From Utricularia gibba (taxonomy: Eukaryota > Plantae > Magnoliophyta): DNA of 64,000 nucleotides. Within the stretch, counting starts at the first letter, position 1. Every line of letters starts with the position of its first letter. The DNA lies in assembly GCA_002189035.1 (NCBI GenBank), contig NEEC01000009.1, forward strand, positions 2,604,001 through 2,668,000, written 5' to 3'. Under the pieces are notes generated by a model, which was given only the letters and a program-made list of their open reading frames with translations, was not told the origin of the DNA and did no database searches. The position numbers and the translations under genes were made by a program. Positions 14,395-29,913 of the stretch are shown piece after piece.

Positions 14395-14640
14395 AAGCAA
14401 AAACCTCCGCAAGATTTAGCCACTCAGAGAAACACCACGTTTCCCGATCTTCAGAAATCAGTTCCAGATCTAACCAAAACCTTAATGCTAAATCCGGAAA
14501 GTACTGTAGAAGAAAACAAACAAAGCCTTTTCAAAATTCAACCACTTGGAGCAACACTATGCTTCGCGATCTTCAAACATCAGCTCCAGATCTGAGCAAA
14601 ACCTAAATGCTAAATCAGGTAACTACTGAACAAGCAAAAC
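14395..14640. repeat. Degenerate tandem direct repeat, period about 121 bp, upstream of the DnaJ start
   Basis: 14431-14517 aacaccacgtttcccgatcttcagaaatcagttccagatctaaccaaaaccttaatgctaaatccgg aligns by eye to 14552-14640 aacactatgcttcgcgatcttcaaacatcagctccagatctgagcaaaacctaaatgctaaatcagg. Confidence 0.75.
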
Positions 14641-14709
14641 GAAAACAGCTGGAGAGCGACGTTTCCACGTCCGGTTTTCCCCTGTTACTTCCTTCCAGCG
14701 GCGAATAAG

Positions 14710-15170
14710 CAAAGAAGCAAAGCCCCGGGCCACGACGGCAGCATATTCCGGCCGGCGAAAATTTCGACGAAGAATCAACCAGACAAGCAATAAAATTATT
14801 CATCTTTTATTATGATCAGTAACATCATCAAATAAGCTTTTTATTTAGAAGAACGATTTATCAATTTATTTTATTTATTTATTACATTCATGAATTTGTG
14901 TCTAATAATCATTCATATATTCTTTTTATTTATTTATTTATTTATCCCATTTGTTATCTATTTCATTATTAATCCTTATTACCTTAAGTCCTCTCCTTCA
15001 GACCAACTTTACCACCTTGTCCATCTCTCCAGATGCAAAACCGATCAGCCAACTCAGAAAGACAAGGAAAAAGACAGCAGCACTCTCAAATGAAGCAAGA
15101 AGCAAAGACCAGAGGCCACGGCGGCGGAATATTCCGGCCGCCTGAATCAACAAGACAAACAGTAGCAGGA
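14710..15170. repeat. Dispersed direct repeat pair of about 70-80 bp (14710-14790 and 15093-15165)
   Basis: agcaaagaagcaaagccccgggccacgacggcagcatattccggccggc...gaatcaaccagacaag versus agcaagaagcaaagaccagaggccacggcggcggaatattccggccgcc.tgaatcaacaagacaa. Confidence 0.7.
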
Positions 15171-15277
15171 ATGGTAAGAAGGTTTGTTTGTTAGCTGTCT
15201 GTGATACATTTGCCATGGCACTTCGGGGTCTTGCTTCCAATTCCAGTGGTTTTGTGAAAGAATGGATGTATGCTTTC

Positions 15278-16455
15278 TCAGGCATTCACCTCAACCTGTG
15301 TTCCTCTGGTTTCAGGGATCAGCAGATCAACCTCAGATTTGTACTCTCGTTGCAGATAAAATGGATTTGCAGTCAGAATCCTGAGTTCAGATCTGTCATT
15401 GATCTCCAAAACTTCAGGGAATCTGTCTCCACAGATCCTTGACATCCCAACATCGACCCTTATTGCTCTGTTGCCACAGACACCATTTATCCCATCTATC
15501 TGAATTGTGTGTCCCATGATCATCCTCCTAACTCCAGGAATGGTATTCAGAGCATGCTCCAGCAATGAGCAGTCACAGTCCTTTGCAGATTCATAGGAGA
15601 ATTTCCTTAGCCATACAACTGAGTTCTTCCCCCGCACTAAATCATGGGCAAGCTTGTCTTTCCCCCACGGATCCAGTCCCGTACCTCGTCGTTGAGGCGA
15701 TCCAATCCGTACACGATGTGATCCTTCAGCAGCCCACCATGAGCAAAAACAGAGTCCCCCACAATCACCACCGTCTGGTTATTGGACAAGAACCTCTTTG
15801 CAATCAAACCATTTGGCCTGAGAGCAGCAAACCTAGCTCTAGCTCCAGTTTGAAACTCTGATGGGACTCTACGGAATTCAGAAGGCACCCCATGATACAA
15901 ATCGCCGATCAGAAACTTATCATCCATACCATCACACAGCATCTTCATACTATTACCGGTTGATTGCCACATCGCCCAATTTTCGAACTCGTTGAACCCT
16001 TCTGGAGTGGCATATCTAAAATCCCCATCTACATTCATAATCTCGTGATTTCCATTCATCGTGATCACCCGCCCACCTACCTTCGCCGCCTCCCTCTTCA
16101 ATTTCTCGAAGAAATACAACAACTTGATCTCATCCCCACCGCGATCGAGAATATCACCCACCTGAACAACGGTGGCGGCGCCGCCGGACCAACGGCCTTC
16201 TTTATCGATCAATTCCGCCAACCGCAGCGCTTGTCTGGCCTTCTGGAGGTCTCCGTGGATGTCCCCAATAGCCACGAGGCGTTTGGGTTGTGGAAAAACT
16301 GTCTGCAACGGAGTATCCTCGTTCTTCAACGGGTGTCGTTCCGGCGGTAAGAAGACGCCGCCGCTGACAGAAAAGTCGACGAAAGCGTCGATAAACTGAG
16401 CGACACTCGCCGGAACCCTTCCGCAGTCGACGGAGGAGGGTATCGGATTTTCCAT
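15278..16455 (-). CDS. SLP2: Shewanella-like protein phosphatase 2 (PPP family), with an apparent 1-bp frameshift at 15662-15666
   Basis: PPP motifs GDIHG, GDILDRG, GNHE, FAHGG and later MGHTIQ, RVDVGMS. The two track ORFs (15637..16455 and 15278..15637) join into one protein if one G is added to the G5 run. Confidence 0.88.
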
Positions 16456-16796
16456 CTACTCCTCCAAAAATAAGATTCTTCTTTTGCGAGTGGAAACAAG
16501 ATTCTGTTCAACGTCCCAGTAAAACGGTAAATTAGTTAATATTAATTTATTTAATATTAAATTAGAATGATTTTAATTAAAAATAATTAGTTAATTAAAT
16601 TAATAATAAATAAATAAAAGAAATACAGAGCCCTTCGACCTTCACTACGACTAACGCCGGCCGGCGGAGTGGAAGCTCCGTTGCTTGAATTAGTAAAGAA
16701 GCAGCGTTACTTGAACTGTGTTCTTAATATAGGGTTGATGCACATTGTACTGTAGATATGTATTTTGGTATTGAACACTATGTGTGATCGTCGGAA

Positions 16797-19343
16797 TCAG
16801 TCGTCCTCGGTACCGGAGAAATCAGGCTCCGCCGGCTTCTGCAGGGAATTCAAGGCTGGAGACTCGGAGTCACTACCGGAACGCGCGCCTCTGCTACTGC
16901 CCATTTCCGTATCAGTTGATTCATTCTCCGAAACCGGAGTTTCCGTAGCCATTAACTTCTCTGCCATCTTCCTCCTGCGATGCCGCCTCCACGCCGCCTG
17001 AATAAAACACGCCGCCCATGTCCGCCACTGATGTGAATGGAATCTGAACTTATGCCGGAGTTTCTTGCTATGCAGTCGCCGGAACTGCCCTGCCACAAAC
17101 TTCAAATCATCCGACCGGAGAGCAAACGCTTCCACTTCCGAAACCGCCATCACCGTCCGTGTAGACGTCGGAAGAACGACGCTCGGCCGTGGATTCAGTA
17201 CCCACGTCAGAAGCTCCTCGCCGCAGAAGTCACCGGACCCGATTCTGCACGTGTTGAAAAACCCAGTCCGCCCACCGTTCGTCGTATACGAATCGAGTTT
17301 CCCCCGGATTATGAACATCATCGCGTCTACCGGATCACCTTCCCGCATCAAACACGTTCCTTCGGTGCACAACTCCGGCTTCAACCGCTCGCAGATGGCG
17401 TCCAGCATCCGTTCATCCATTTGATCGAACAGAGGAACCTGCACATCATTCAATTTCATCGCCCATTCTTCTACACCCAAACCAAACCAAAAAAGAAAAT
17501 CAAGAATCACCCGTCGAACGAGATCGTAACAAAGATGGCGTTTGATGGCTCGCCGGAGATCGAGTGGAAGTTCGGTGAGTAAAGCTTCCTCGTCCACCCC
17601 CCTTGTTGCCACCCATTTATACTGATCATACTTCCGTACCAGCTGCCTGAGCTCCGGCGGAAGCTGCCGGTGATGCATCCATTGCTCTGTATCCGTTCTT
17701 TTGATTCTCCATTCTTCCAGCCTGATCGTCGTTGATTGAAGATACGTCTGTGGTTCAAAACATCGAATCAGTCACAGTACTTCAAAAAAACTTGCAACAG
17801 ATCAGCATCTTGCAACAGGAAGAGTAACCTGCATGTTTCCTATCAGCAAAGCAAACAGAACCAGCCCAAGAACAGCGATGACAATGGCGAAAAGGATCTC
17901 TCCCACATGAGTACTCGTACCCAGATTTTGGCCTAGAGAACTGCATAAACCACACAGCTGAGTATTCAATTCAAGTTTCAGAATGTGATCAACATAGATC
18001 AAGCAATAGAGATGAAGTGACAGACCTAAGGTTCTTGAATCCCCACCAAAAGCAATACAAATACTTGCTGAAAAACGGTTCTGATGTAACTCCAGAAGTT
18101 GCTGCATCTCCATATATACCAAATGCATAGAGACTGTTGCTAGGCTTGCAGATGGTAGTGAGATTGCTCACCTGAAACCACCCCACTCTCGCTACGTCGT
18201 TCATTCGGTGGCAGTCGAAATATTTGATGTCACACAGGGGGGACTCCAGATTGCAGACATGTCTCCAGCAGTATTCTTGGCTCTCTATTGACAGGAGATA
18301 CCATGAAGCCCCTATAACCTGGCATTTCACATAACAAGTTACCATTTGTTTCTGAAAGCGTAGCTTGAAGGTTTTGAAATGGAGAGGAACTTACATGGCT
18401 TGCAAGCATGTAGAGGACCAAGTTATAAGCAGCACCAGACCAGGCTCTTTCTGTGATAACACCACTAGTCTCTACAATCTTTGACAGAAGAGGAAAGATG
18501 CGCAACAATCTTGGAATGTACTGGAATATTATGATGAATCGAAGAAAGTTTTTCGTGTTTATCATCACAGAGCCACTCAAGTTGGGGATAACGAACCAGA
18601 TGACCACCTAAAACACACCCACAATCAACATGGAGAAGATGCAGAGGAAGAGCATTTGTTCACAAGTAAGCTTGACGAACCTGAGGGAGAGGGAGGGCAG
18701 CAGCAATATCCAGCCAGAATAACTTTCTCAAGTATCTTGATGCAATCTTTGAGGGGTCTATGACAAGTTCTCCTCTTCCAAAGACACGGGAGGAAGGAGC
18801 AACGAAGGCGGTGTGAAACTGCATGTAAATCTGGATAAAATAAAAGATATCTGCTACTGATCTTATGATCGTGAGCACAACTTCAACTCTAAACTCAATG
18901 TCAATGCAGAAATCATCATGAATCGCCACCAGGAAGAAGAAGAGAGGATCAACAAAAAGTGATGCTAAACAAGCAACTAAGAATATCTTGTTCCATCTCC
19001 CAATAACAGGTCCTCTAGGATCGAATATCTGTTTCTTCTCACTCTCGAAATCCTCCGAGAATACGCGGGACAACACTCTCCCTTTGAATGATCTATCATT
19101 TTTTACTCCGCTCTTGGATTTTGAACGTGGCAGTTCCTTCCCTTGAACTGTATATTTAGCCTTCCTCGTTCTACCATCACTGAAAGTTGGTTGTCTTTCA
19201 AGCTCAGATACCTCGTCAAATCTGTTGATTTTTCGACACAGTATCAGCATCTATAGGCAACCACAAACGGGGTAAACAAGCCCAATCTGTACTGAATTAA
19301 AAATGGAGACTCACCTCACTGATCTTGAGCTTCCAAAAGCCAT
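16797..19343 (-). CDS. CNGC15: Cyclic nucleotide-gated channel, CNGC15-like (group III)
   Basis: Exon 1 MAFGSSRSVR, then VLSRVFSED...FDPRGPVIGRWNKIFLVACL, pore WWGFKNLSSLGQNL, C-linker TYLQSTTIRLEEWR, CNBD GDFCGEELLTW, and IQ motif RTWAACFIQAAWRR. The subfamily call rests on recalled similarity of the N-terminus. Confidence 0.85.
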
Positions 19344-20017
19344 TACCCAAAAAGGCAAATCAATAGGAAGCTGAAATAAGACAGAAAACAATTGATGAGA
19401 AAATTACAGCCAGCGGCATCTTTGAAAGAAGAAAGTGGCTGAGTTGAAGATGAAGAAATGATGTAAACACACACATACATACACACAAGCCAGATTTCAA
19501 TACGTAAGGATGCACTGTGTGAACGCAGTTGCTCCTTTTATTTCATCAGCCATGAACCATGTGACTTGACTTGTTCTAAACCGCAACATTTTGGTCAGCT
19601 GCTGACCCCTTTTGTCCGAAAGAATCAACTTTCCACAGTTTCAAATTAGCAGAACCAAGATGTAGTCAAAGTCAATTGAAGCTTCGGCAAACAATATAAA
19701 ATAACACTGATACAAGACGTACCGGAATCAAAACGGTCGTTGCCACTGCTACAAGAAGAAGAAAATGGCGAACTTGGGAAGCACCCAGAAAATGGAAATG
19801 GCAGACGGGTACGATCGTGAAGTGTAACAGTAGTGCGGTTTATAAAGACGAACTGGGTCCTTGTCGATTGCCCACCATCCAATCAGCATTCCCATGCGTT
19901 TCAAAGATGCGAGGGAGACAAGTGAAAAACAAAAGATGTCCAATTCGTGACAGGCGAGTTCATAAATCTTGGGGGCATATTCCATAAACTAAGTTGAGCT
20001 CCCTACGCCCCCACTCA

Positions 20018-20042
20018 CCCCCCCCCCCCCCCCCCCCCCCCC
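20018..20042. repeat. Poly-C tract (about 25 nt; poly-G on minus strand)
   Basis: Direct count of the uninterrupted C run. Confidence 0.9.
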
Positions 20043-22173
20043 GCAAATTCCGATGTGGTGATGGAGAAAGAAAGGAGAGAAGAAGTCTTCGGAAGTCGAA
20101 ACCCTCCCTCCAAATAAAACTTAATAATTATAACAAAAATCTAATTCAAACTATGATTAAAATATACTTTTTAATTATAAAAATTTAAACTTGATTTAGA
20201 AATAGTCAAAACACCCACTCCAACTCACAAAAAATGGCATAGAACACAAGACATCTTGACACATTAGTCACTGGAGTGTTATTTTTAGATTTGGTCAAGT
20301 GGGCATTAATCATTTAGCATATGGGTAATGTTTCATATACTTCTAATTCAAGAAAGTACATCATTGGATTGTCACAAAAAAATCAAATAAATTTCAACAC
20401 CTTGTATGAAAGAAAACTTATTATTGACATCTACAAAAGTAAACCAACCCCCCCCCCAATCAATTAGGTCAAGATTTTAGCTTTTTGGAGTATCTGGTGG
20501 ACAGCGCCATTGTTGGATTGTAAGTCGAGCTTTCAAGCTTGATGAGAAAATCCAGACTCGATCTCTCCATACACCAAATCATTCCGCAGCTACTGATCCA
20601 AAAAAAAAAAAAAAAAGAATCATTCTGCAGCTCATCTTCCAACTGAAAATGATACCTTATGTTGACGTTTGTTTTATTACAAAAACTGGGTCTACTGTGA
20701 CACAAGGCGTGTGCAGTGTCATGATCCTTTGGCCCCAAGAGTTGGATACTTTATGGCGTGCGGATGACTCAATCAAATTATATTGTCGCTTCGCTGAAAA
20801 AACACACATTATGATATGTTTTACTACGTCAGAAATTCAAAATTGCAGCATTAATCACTGATCAGGGATCAAATCAACAGGATAAAATATACAAAAGAAA
20901 CAGTATTTGGAAAGCGAATTACCAGCACAACGCGGCCCACGATAAAGGGAAGGGTTGGGCCCTTGTTGCGGTATCAGATAACACGTGGCCCAATAGAAAA
21001 CATGACAAGAAGATTGCTCGTGGTATGTTTTTGGTCAGGTGTCAACCTTACGAAGGGACGTGTCATCAAACTCAATTTAGGAAAAGAAGAAAACAATTTT
21101 AAATTTCATAATTCTATGGTAGAGGATAAAAAGCAGACATCTCAAATTTTATTAATCTTGTAAATCTCAACCCTATTGTTATTTTTAAAATAAAAAGCTA
21201 GGTTCAGAATGTGGTAGACGGGTGACATGGTGTATTAAATTTAGTCTACATGCACTGAACAATACTCTCTCTTCACACACTACCTGATTTCTACCCTCCA
21301 ACAAATAGAGCTGGACACCATGTTAGAACAGGAGATCAATTATCTACAACAAACATGATTCTGATAAGGTCGAGTGTCTCTAAAACATAATTTTATATCA
21401 CACTTAAAATACATACCACGATTCCTCACTTCTTTATCTCTTTCAGAACCATGAATGAGACAGACTTTCATCCCGCAACATGATTTTGATATCATGTTGA
21501 ATAGAGCGTGTCAACCAACACGCTACAAATGGTATTATAAGCCACGCACTCGCATTAAATAGATCCTAATGCCGATTATTAGTTGTACGCAACCGATGTG
21601 GGATTTCTTCCACATAAAAATGGCTACATTTTGACGCAAACTAACAAGAACCAGGTGTAGATCATTGTTAGTTCCTACGATGCACACATCCAAAAAAATA
21701 CAACCATTTTACTAACAAGAAAGAAAACCTAACAGAAGCTCCTGTCCAAATTCAGAAAAAAGTGAAGTGTGTCCAAAAACCCATAATATCAACAAATGTT
21801 GCTCTGATATGTCCAAAAACTCAAAAAATTCAAATCTTGATCCTGAAAACTTGAAATTTCGATGAGGTTTAAAAGCTTGCACATGTTTTACCTGAAATCC
21901 GATGCAGATTTAACATGAACACGGATACAAAAAAGTTTACAGAATGATTAAATTCCATGATTTACAGGGCGAATTCATTTAGGTGCACAACGACAAACAA
22001 TGCAACAAAAAAAAAAAAAAAACTAGTACATGGTGGAGGTTGACAACGGAGAGATGATGATGATTGCATGACTCATTCCAAAAGAGACATCCACTTGCCC
22101 AAAACCTCAAAACAACGGATGCGGGTTCGGATACGCCGAACCCGAAACCAATAAGCGCATACCCTAGTAATAA

Positions 22174-22272
22174 GCCGCTGGTTGCCGCTGCAGCATCATC
22201 AAGATTCTCACCATCCCAGACGTGCCCGCCGTGTGTGAATCTTGAAGATGCGGCACCGGAAAAAACAACGGC
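22174..22272 (-). ncRNA. MIR172: MIR172 precursor hairpin; mature miR172 at 22188-22208, star strand at about 22234-22254
   Basis: Minus strand contains AGAAUCUUGAUGAUGCUGCAG (miR172c/d-type) on the 3' arm. It pairs with GCCGCAUCUUCAAGAUUCACA on the 5' arm with few mismatches. A basal stem gccgttg/cagcggc closes the fold-back. Confidence 0.93.
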
Positions 22273-22535
22273 TGGTTCGTCCGACCCACGAACGGAATCG
22301 GGGGTTTTCTCGGATTCCGCATCCGGAAAACCCTAATTTCATTTCACCCCAGCTGCGGAAGCCTGTCCGATTGCAGGATCGAAAGCATCGTTAGAGAAAA
22401 GCAGGGTGAGGATGGAAAGAAAGGATCTAGAAAAACCTGGAGGAGGAGGAGGAAGAGCAGACGCAAGATCTGGGAATTCACTGTGGGAGTGAGGTATTGA
22501 TGTGCTGGTGCTGCTTACATGTCCAAAGGAAGGCA

Positions 22536-22542
22536 TTATATA
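22536..22542 (-). promoter_or_regulatory. TATA box of the putative pri-MIR172
   Basis: TATATAA on the minus strand about 265 bp upstream of the hairpin, followed by a CT-rich leader. Confidence 0.5.
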
Positions 22543-24107
22543 GTGGGTAATCGAATTATATAATCTGATTCCATGCTCCACAAATAATACCACCGAATCC
22601 CATCCATGTGAAGAGTTTTTCTTTCTTTTTTTTAGGAGAAAAAAATAATTATTTTAGGAGAAAAGGGGGATGTATTACAAATCTGACCATTTTTGATGAA
22701 GTGTGTAAAAAAAGTGGCAATCCTTGATTTAAAGTGGAAAATAGGTTAGAAAAAGAACCACATGATGGATGATGTTTCACTTTGCTTTTTTTCTTTTTCA
22801 GCAAACCCTAACTTTTGAGTGGAAGCTTACCCTAGTTTTCATACCCTTCATGATTGCTGTTATTACAGCTGGTACGAGGATATCGGAGCATCAGCTCACC
22901 GGAGACTTTTCCGGCAACACCATCAACCTAATTAAAAACAAAAAAAAATTGCGCACAATTACAAGCCATGCAAGCAAGAATTCCATGGTGCAACTCATTT
23001 TCATGAAAGTGCAAAGGTATGAATTCCACATCAATGGGGTGTTAGACACGGACGTGTGTGTCACTAGTCGCCAGCAACATGATACACCATGAGGAAAACT
23101 TTGGTGTCTCCTGGGGCAACTGGGGCCTGGGTGATAGATAGCTCAAGTGAAAAGTTGGGAGTTGTGGGTATGAAAAAAGGGCCAAGTTCTGTGTACCTTG
23201 ACAGCAACAATAATACTCTTCAACTGTGCGGGGAACCAGATCCCTTCTGGTGGCCCGCCATAGTTTCAAGTTTTGAGGATCTTGCCTTCCGGTTCCGGCC
23301 GGCCGTATGCTCAACTTCAGGAGGATTCACTGGGCTGGACAGTGAACCAGCAAGGAATCTGCTGGTAAACGTTAAAACCATTACTATTGTGACATCAGAC
23401 TCTTTATTTGCCGATGTGGGATTAGATTTTTTTTTCTTTTGTAAGAGAAAGGGTTATTTTAGACTGTGTTTGCAATAGTTTTTACTTTTGAAAAAATATT
23501 TTAGAAGTAGTTTTGTTATCAATATGAGCGATATTTATTTTAAAATTTTTTAAATTATTCTCATTTTTAACAAGTTGAAAACCTCAATTTCTAATTTTTT
23601 TAAAAAAAAAATCACAAAAAATGATTGTTGACAAAGTTTTATGAAATTATTCTAAAAAAAATATAATTTTATATTTATAGTGACAATTTTATGGTGTACA
23701 ATAACTTGTGCATAAATAGCAGTGTTTTAAAACAAGAATCGACCTATTTTTTGGTTTACTAATAGTTTTGAAATGAATCTTGTTTTAATCTATTGTAAAA
23801 TTATTGTGTAAAATAAAAGTAATTATTTAAATTGAATATTTTTAAATTTGAAAAACATTTAATTTTATAAAAATTATTGAATCAAATAAAAAAAATATAT
23901 TGGTCGGGGTTAAATGAGTTACAACTCGAATTCAACCTTAAAATTCAAAACAATGAATTAAAAAGAATAATAAAAATTAATATAAAACTATTTTTTGTTT
24001 TCTATTAATTTCAAATATTCAATTCTGAGGCTCGTTTCTCCCACCGCCACATCATCATCTCTCTCTCGCTCGATGGGGTAGTTCCTACTTTCATCGTTCA
24101 CCGGAAG

Positions 24108-25095
24108 ATGGCTCGAAGCCTGATGCGTGTTCTCGTTAGAATTGGAGGAGTTCAGCACCAATCTCCCATTGCGATCAATGGCTATCAACTAAATTTGAAT
24201 GCTTCAGGTGGGTGTTTAGCAATTTTCATGGCCTGCTCCCCAACTGTTTGATAAAAGTACTCACAGAATTTGAGTGCACACATGCAGGGATTCAAGTCTT
24301 TCCAGCATCATGTCGATTTTTTTCGGGTGGAAAGAGATCAGGTTACGATCTTTTCAAAGGTAAGATTCCAACTGCCAAGGAATTCAGGCGAGAGTGGGCG
24401 AAACAACTGGAGGACGAAGAGGACCATCTGTGGACTGGAAGTGAAAATGACGATGAACTAGATGGGGACAGTAAGCTTAAAAGGGAGATAAAAAAGGCAA
24501 AGCACCGAGCGCGTCACGATGACATCGACGCTGATGATAGCGATGAGCTTCATGGTCTCTTCTCAGAAAGCGATGAAGATAAGTCCCTGTGGACGGGCAG
24601 CGAAGGCGACAGTGACGCTGATATTCCCAAAGAAGCGACACCGCATGAGAGAAGCGACAAGTACATAGACACATTGTTTGAGTTCGAGGAGAGGCCCAGA
24701 TTCAGAAGTCTAACACAAGCACTGAAGGATGAGGAGGAGCCAGAGGAGATGTCTCCCGGAAAACAAGCAAGGAAGCTTGCTGTGCAGAATGCCATGAAGA
24801 AACTGAAGAAAGGGCCTGATGGAAGGTACATAAATGTGTGGGAAGTGATGAGTGATTTGGATGTTCTCGTTGGCGCTTTCGAGAATATAATATCAGGACC
24901 AGAGTATCAGGAACTGAGGGAAGGGGACCAAGAAAATTGAACATGGACTTCTTCAAGGACATTCAGAAGAAAATGAGGGATCCAAACTACCAATTCTCTC
25001 CTGAAATCAAGTTGAAACCAAGGTCAAGCAAGTTGGTATCTAGGAAGAAATGGCAGAAGGCAGAGTCGAGGCGCAGAAAAGCCCGGAACCGGTAG
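24108..25095 (+). CDS. Conserved organelle-targeted acidic/basic protein, At5g62270-like (recalled as plant mitoribosomal mS45), with an apparent frameshift at 24923-24926
   Basis: Exon 1 24108-24207 (MARSLMRVLVRIGG..., transit-peptide-like), intron 24208-24287. Repeated LWTGSE motifs and KKGPDGRYINVWEVMSDLD...GPEYQELR. Adding one G gives GGPRKLNMDFFKDIQKKMRDPN...KKWQKAESRRRKARNR*. The family name is from memory. Confidence 0.7.
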
Positions 25096-25498
25096 TGTAA
25101 CAGTAGAACAGTGCAGCTGGCTTTGCAGTACAACAAGCTCATCACTAGAAGTATAGAGCCATTAATGATTCCAAGGATGTCATGAAGCTGGGGAGTCTAA
25201 ACTGAGGTGTACTGAACAGTAACTTTCAGGTATCCCGTGATTTGAGTTAGAGGGATGAGGCAAAGCCAATGAACCCTTGAAACCAATGATGGTTCATGGA
25301 TTGTAAGATTTTATTTTGAATTACACAGGTAGAGCAAACATTTTCATTTGTAAGCGAAACATCTAATGGCCTTATAGCAAACAGAAATGTGGTTTATTAA
25401 ATACCAAATATGGTAAAATAAACATTTGAATATGAAAATAAACTTCCGAAAAACTAATTTTCCACAAAATAATCCGACCAAATGTGGAGCATATGGCC

Positions 25499-29630
<4,132 letters not shown>

Positions 29631-29838
29631 GCCCGAACTCCGGTGGCTCTGTCCCGGCCAGTACCAAGCCTTAGAGACGAGCCTTTTGTGATATATACTT
29701 GCAGTCCACAAAACAAATATCACTAAAATGCCGATTTTATTGCATTTTAGACCTCAACTTCCTTGTTTATACAGTTTTCACCCCCAACGTTGGTGTCTTT
29801 CCCCTTCTCATTCTCGGGGATAGGGTTAGTTTAGGTTT

Positions 29839-29913
29839 TAGGGTTTTCATAAGGCCCTAGTTTTGTGTTTTCCCATTTTCATTTTTGGGGTTAAGATTTA
29901 GAATTTAGGGTTT
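29839..29913 (-). promoter_or_regulatory. Two telo-box motifs (AAACCCTA) in a degenerate repeat of about 70 bp upstream of LysRS
   Basis: tagggttt at 29839-29846 and 29906-29913. Telo-boxes are typical of plant translation-gene promoters. Confidence 0.5.

Noticed and set aside
16797-22272. CNGC15 next to MIR172 as a symbiosis-signalling module
   Set aside because: Both have legume nodulation roles, but adjacency alone is no evidence; nothing in the sequence links them.
22064-22593. ORFs 22064..22336 (+) and 22339..22593 (-) as protein genes
   Set aside because: They overlap the MIR172 hairpin and leader, show no family motifs, and are better explained as chance ORFs in a GC-richer pri-miRNA.
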